Origin: Lytechinus pictus
Lineage: Eukaryota
Assembly (NCBI RefSeq): GCF_037042905.1
Contig: NC_087250.1
Location: 24,492,001 to 24,556,000 of the forward strand
Reading direction: 5' to 3'
Length of the DNA: 64,000 nucleotides
Made by a program: the position numbers and the translations under genes
The notes under the pieces: model-generated
Databases searched by the model: none
Told to the model about the DNA's origin: nothing
What the model saw: only the letters and a program-made list of their open reading frames with translations
In this document: piece by piece, positions 63,958 to 64,000 of the stretch
How positions within the stretch are numbered: position 1 is the stretch's first letter
How the letters are laid out: every line of letters begins with the position of its first letter

Positions 63958-64000
63958 ATGAACATGAATAGTTTCATGTCCAAGCGCTACAGTTGTTCAC
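63958..64000 (+). CDS. Start of an inverted second copy of the zinc-finger ORF (runs off the window)
   Basis: 63902-64000 is the reverse complement of about 63347-63445 and reads MNMNSFMSKRYSCS. Confidence 0.7.
   Translation, partial: MNMNSFMSKRYSCS

Overview
Eukaryotic, AT-rich, repeat-dense genomic DNA. The repeat families and gene types suggest a marine invertebrate, probably a sea urchin (inference). I reconstructed two spliced minus-strand genes by hand, with consistent exon phases. (1) A 3-coding-exon class B (Methuselah-like/secretin-type) GPCR of about 912 aa, with signal peptide, somatomedin-B-like domain, Cys-rich ectodomain and 7TM (20058..6305). (2) The 3' 15 exons (about 904 aa; 5' end not found in the window) of a multi-death-domain protein with architecture ...UPA-DD-DD-acidic linker-DD-DD-ZU5-UPA-DD (56797..43979). 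It has a +1 frameshift inside ZU5, a probable GC-AG intron, a 16-nt micro-exon and a possibly premature stop. One of its introns holds Penelope-like repeat remnants with three hammerhead-ribozyme-like cores, one split by a 2.2-kb foldback element. At the right edge, an intronless C2H2 zinc-finger ORF occurs in two head-to-head copies around a branched palindromic centre. The rest is nested non-autonomous DNA transposons (TTAA-type MITEs, hAT-like, CACTA-like, Mutator/foldback-like, a deleted Tc1/mariner), SINEs, LINE relics and simple repeats. All domain and family names come from visual motif recognition, not from database searches.
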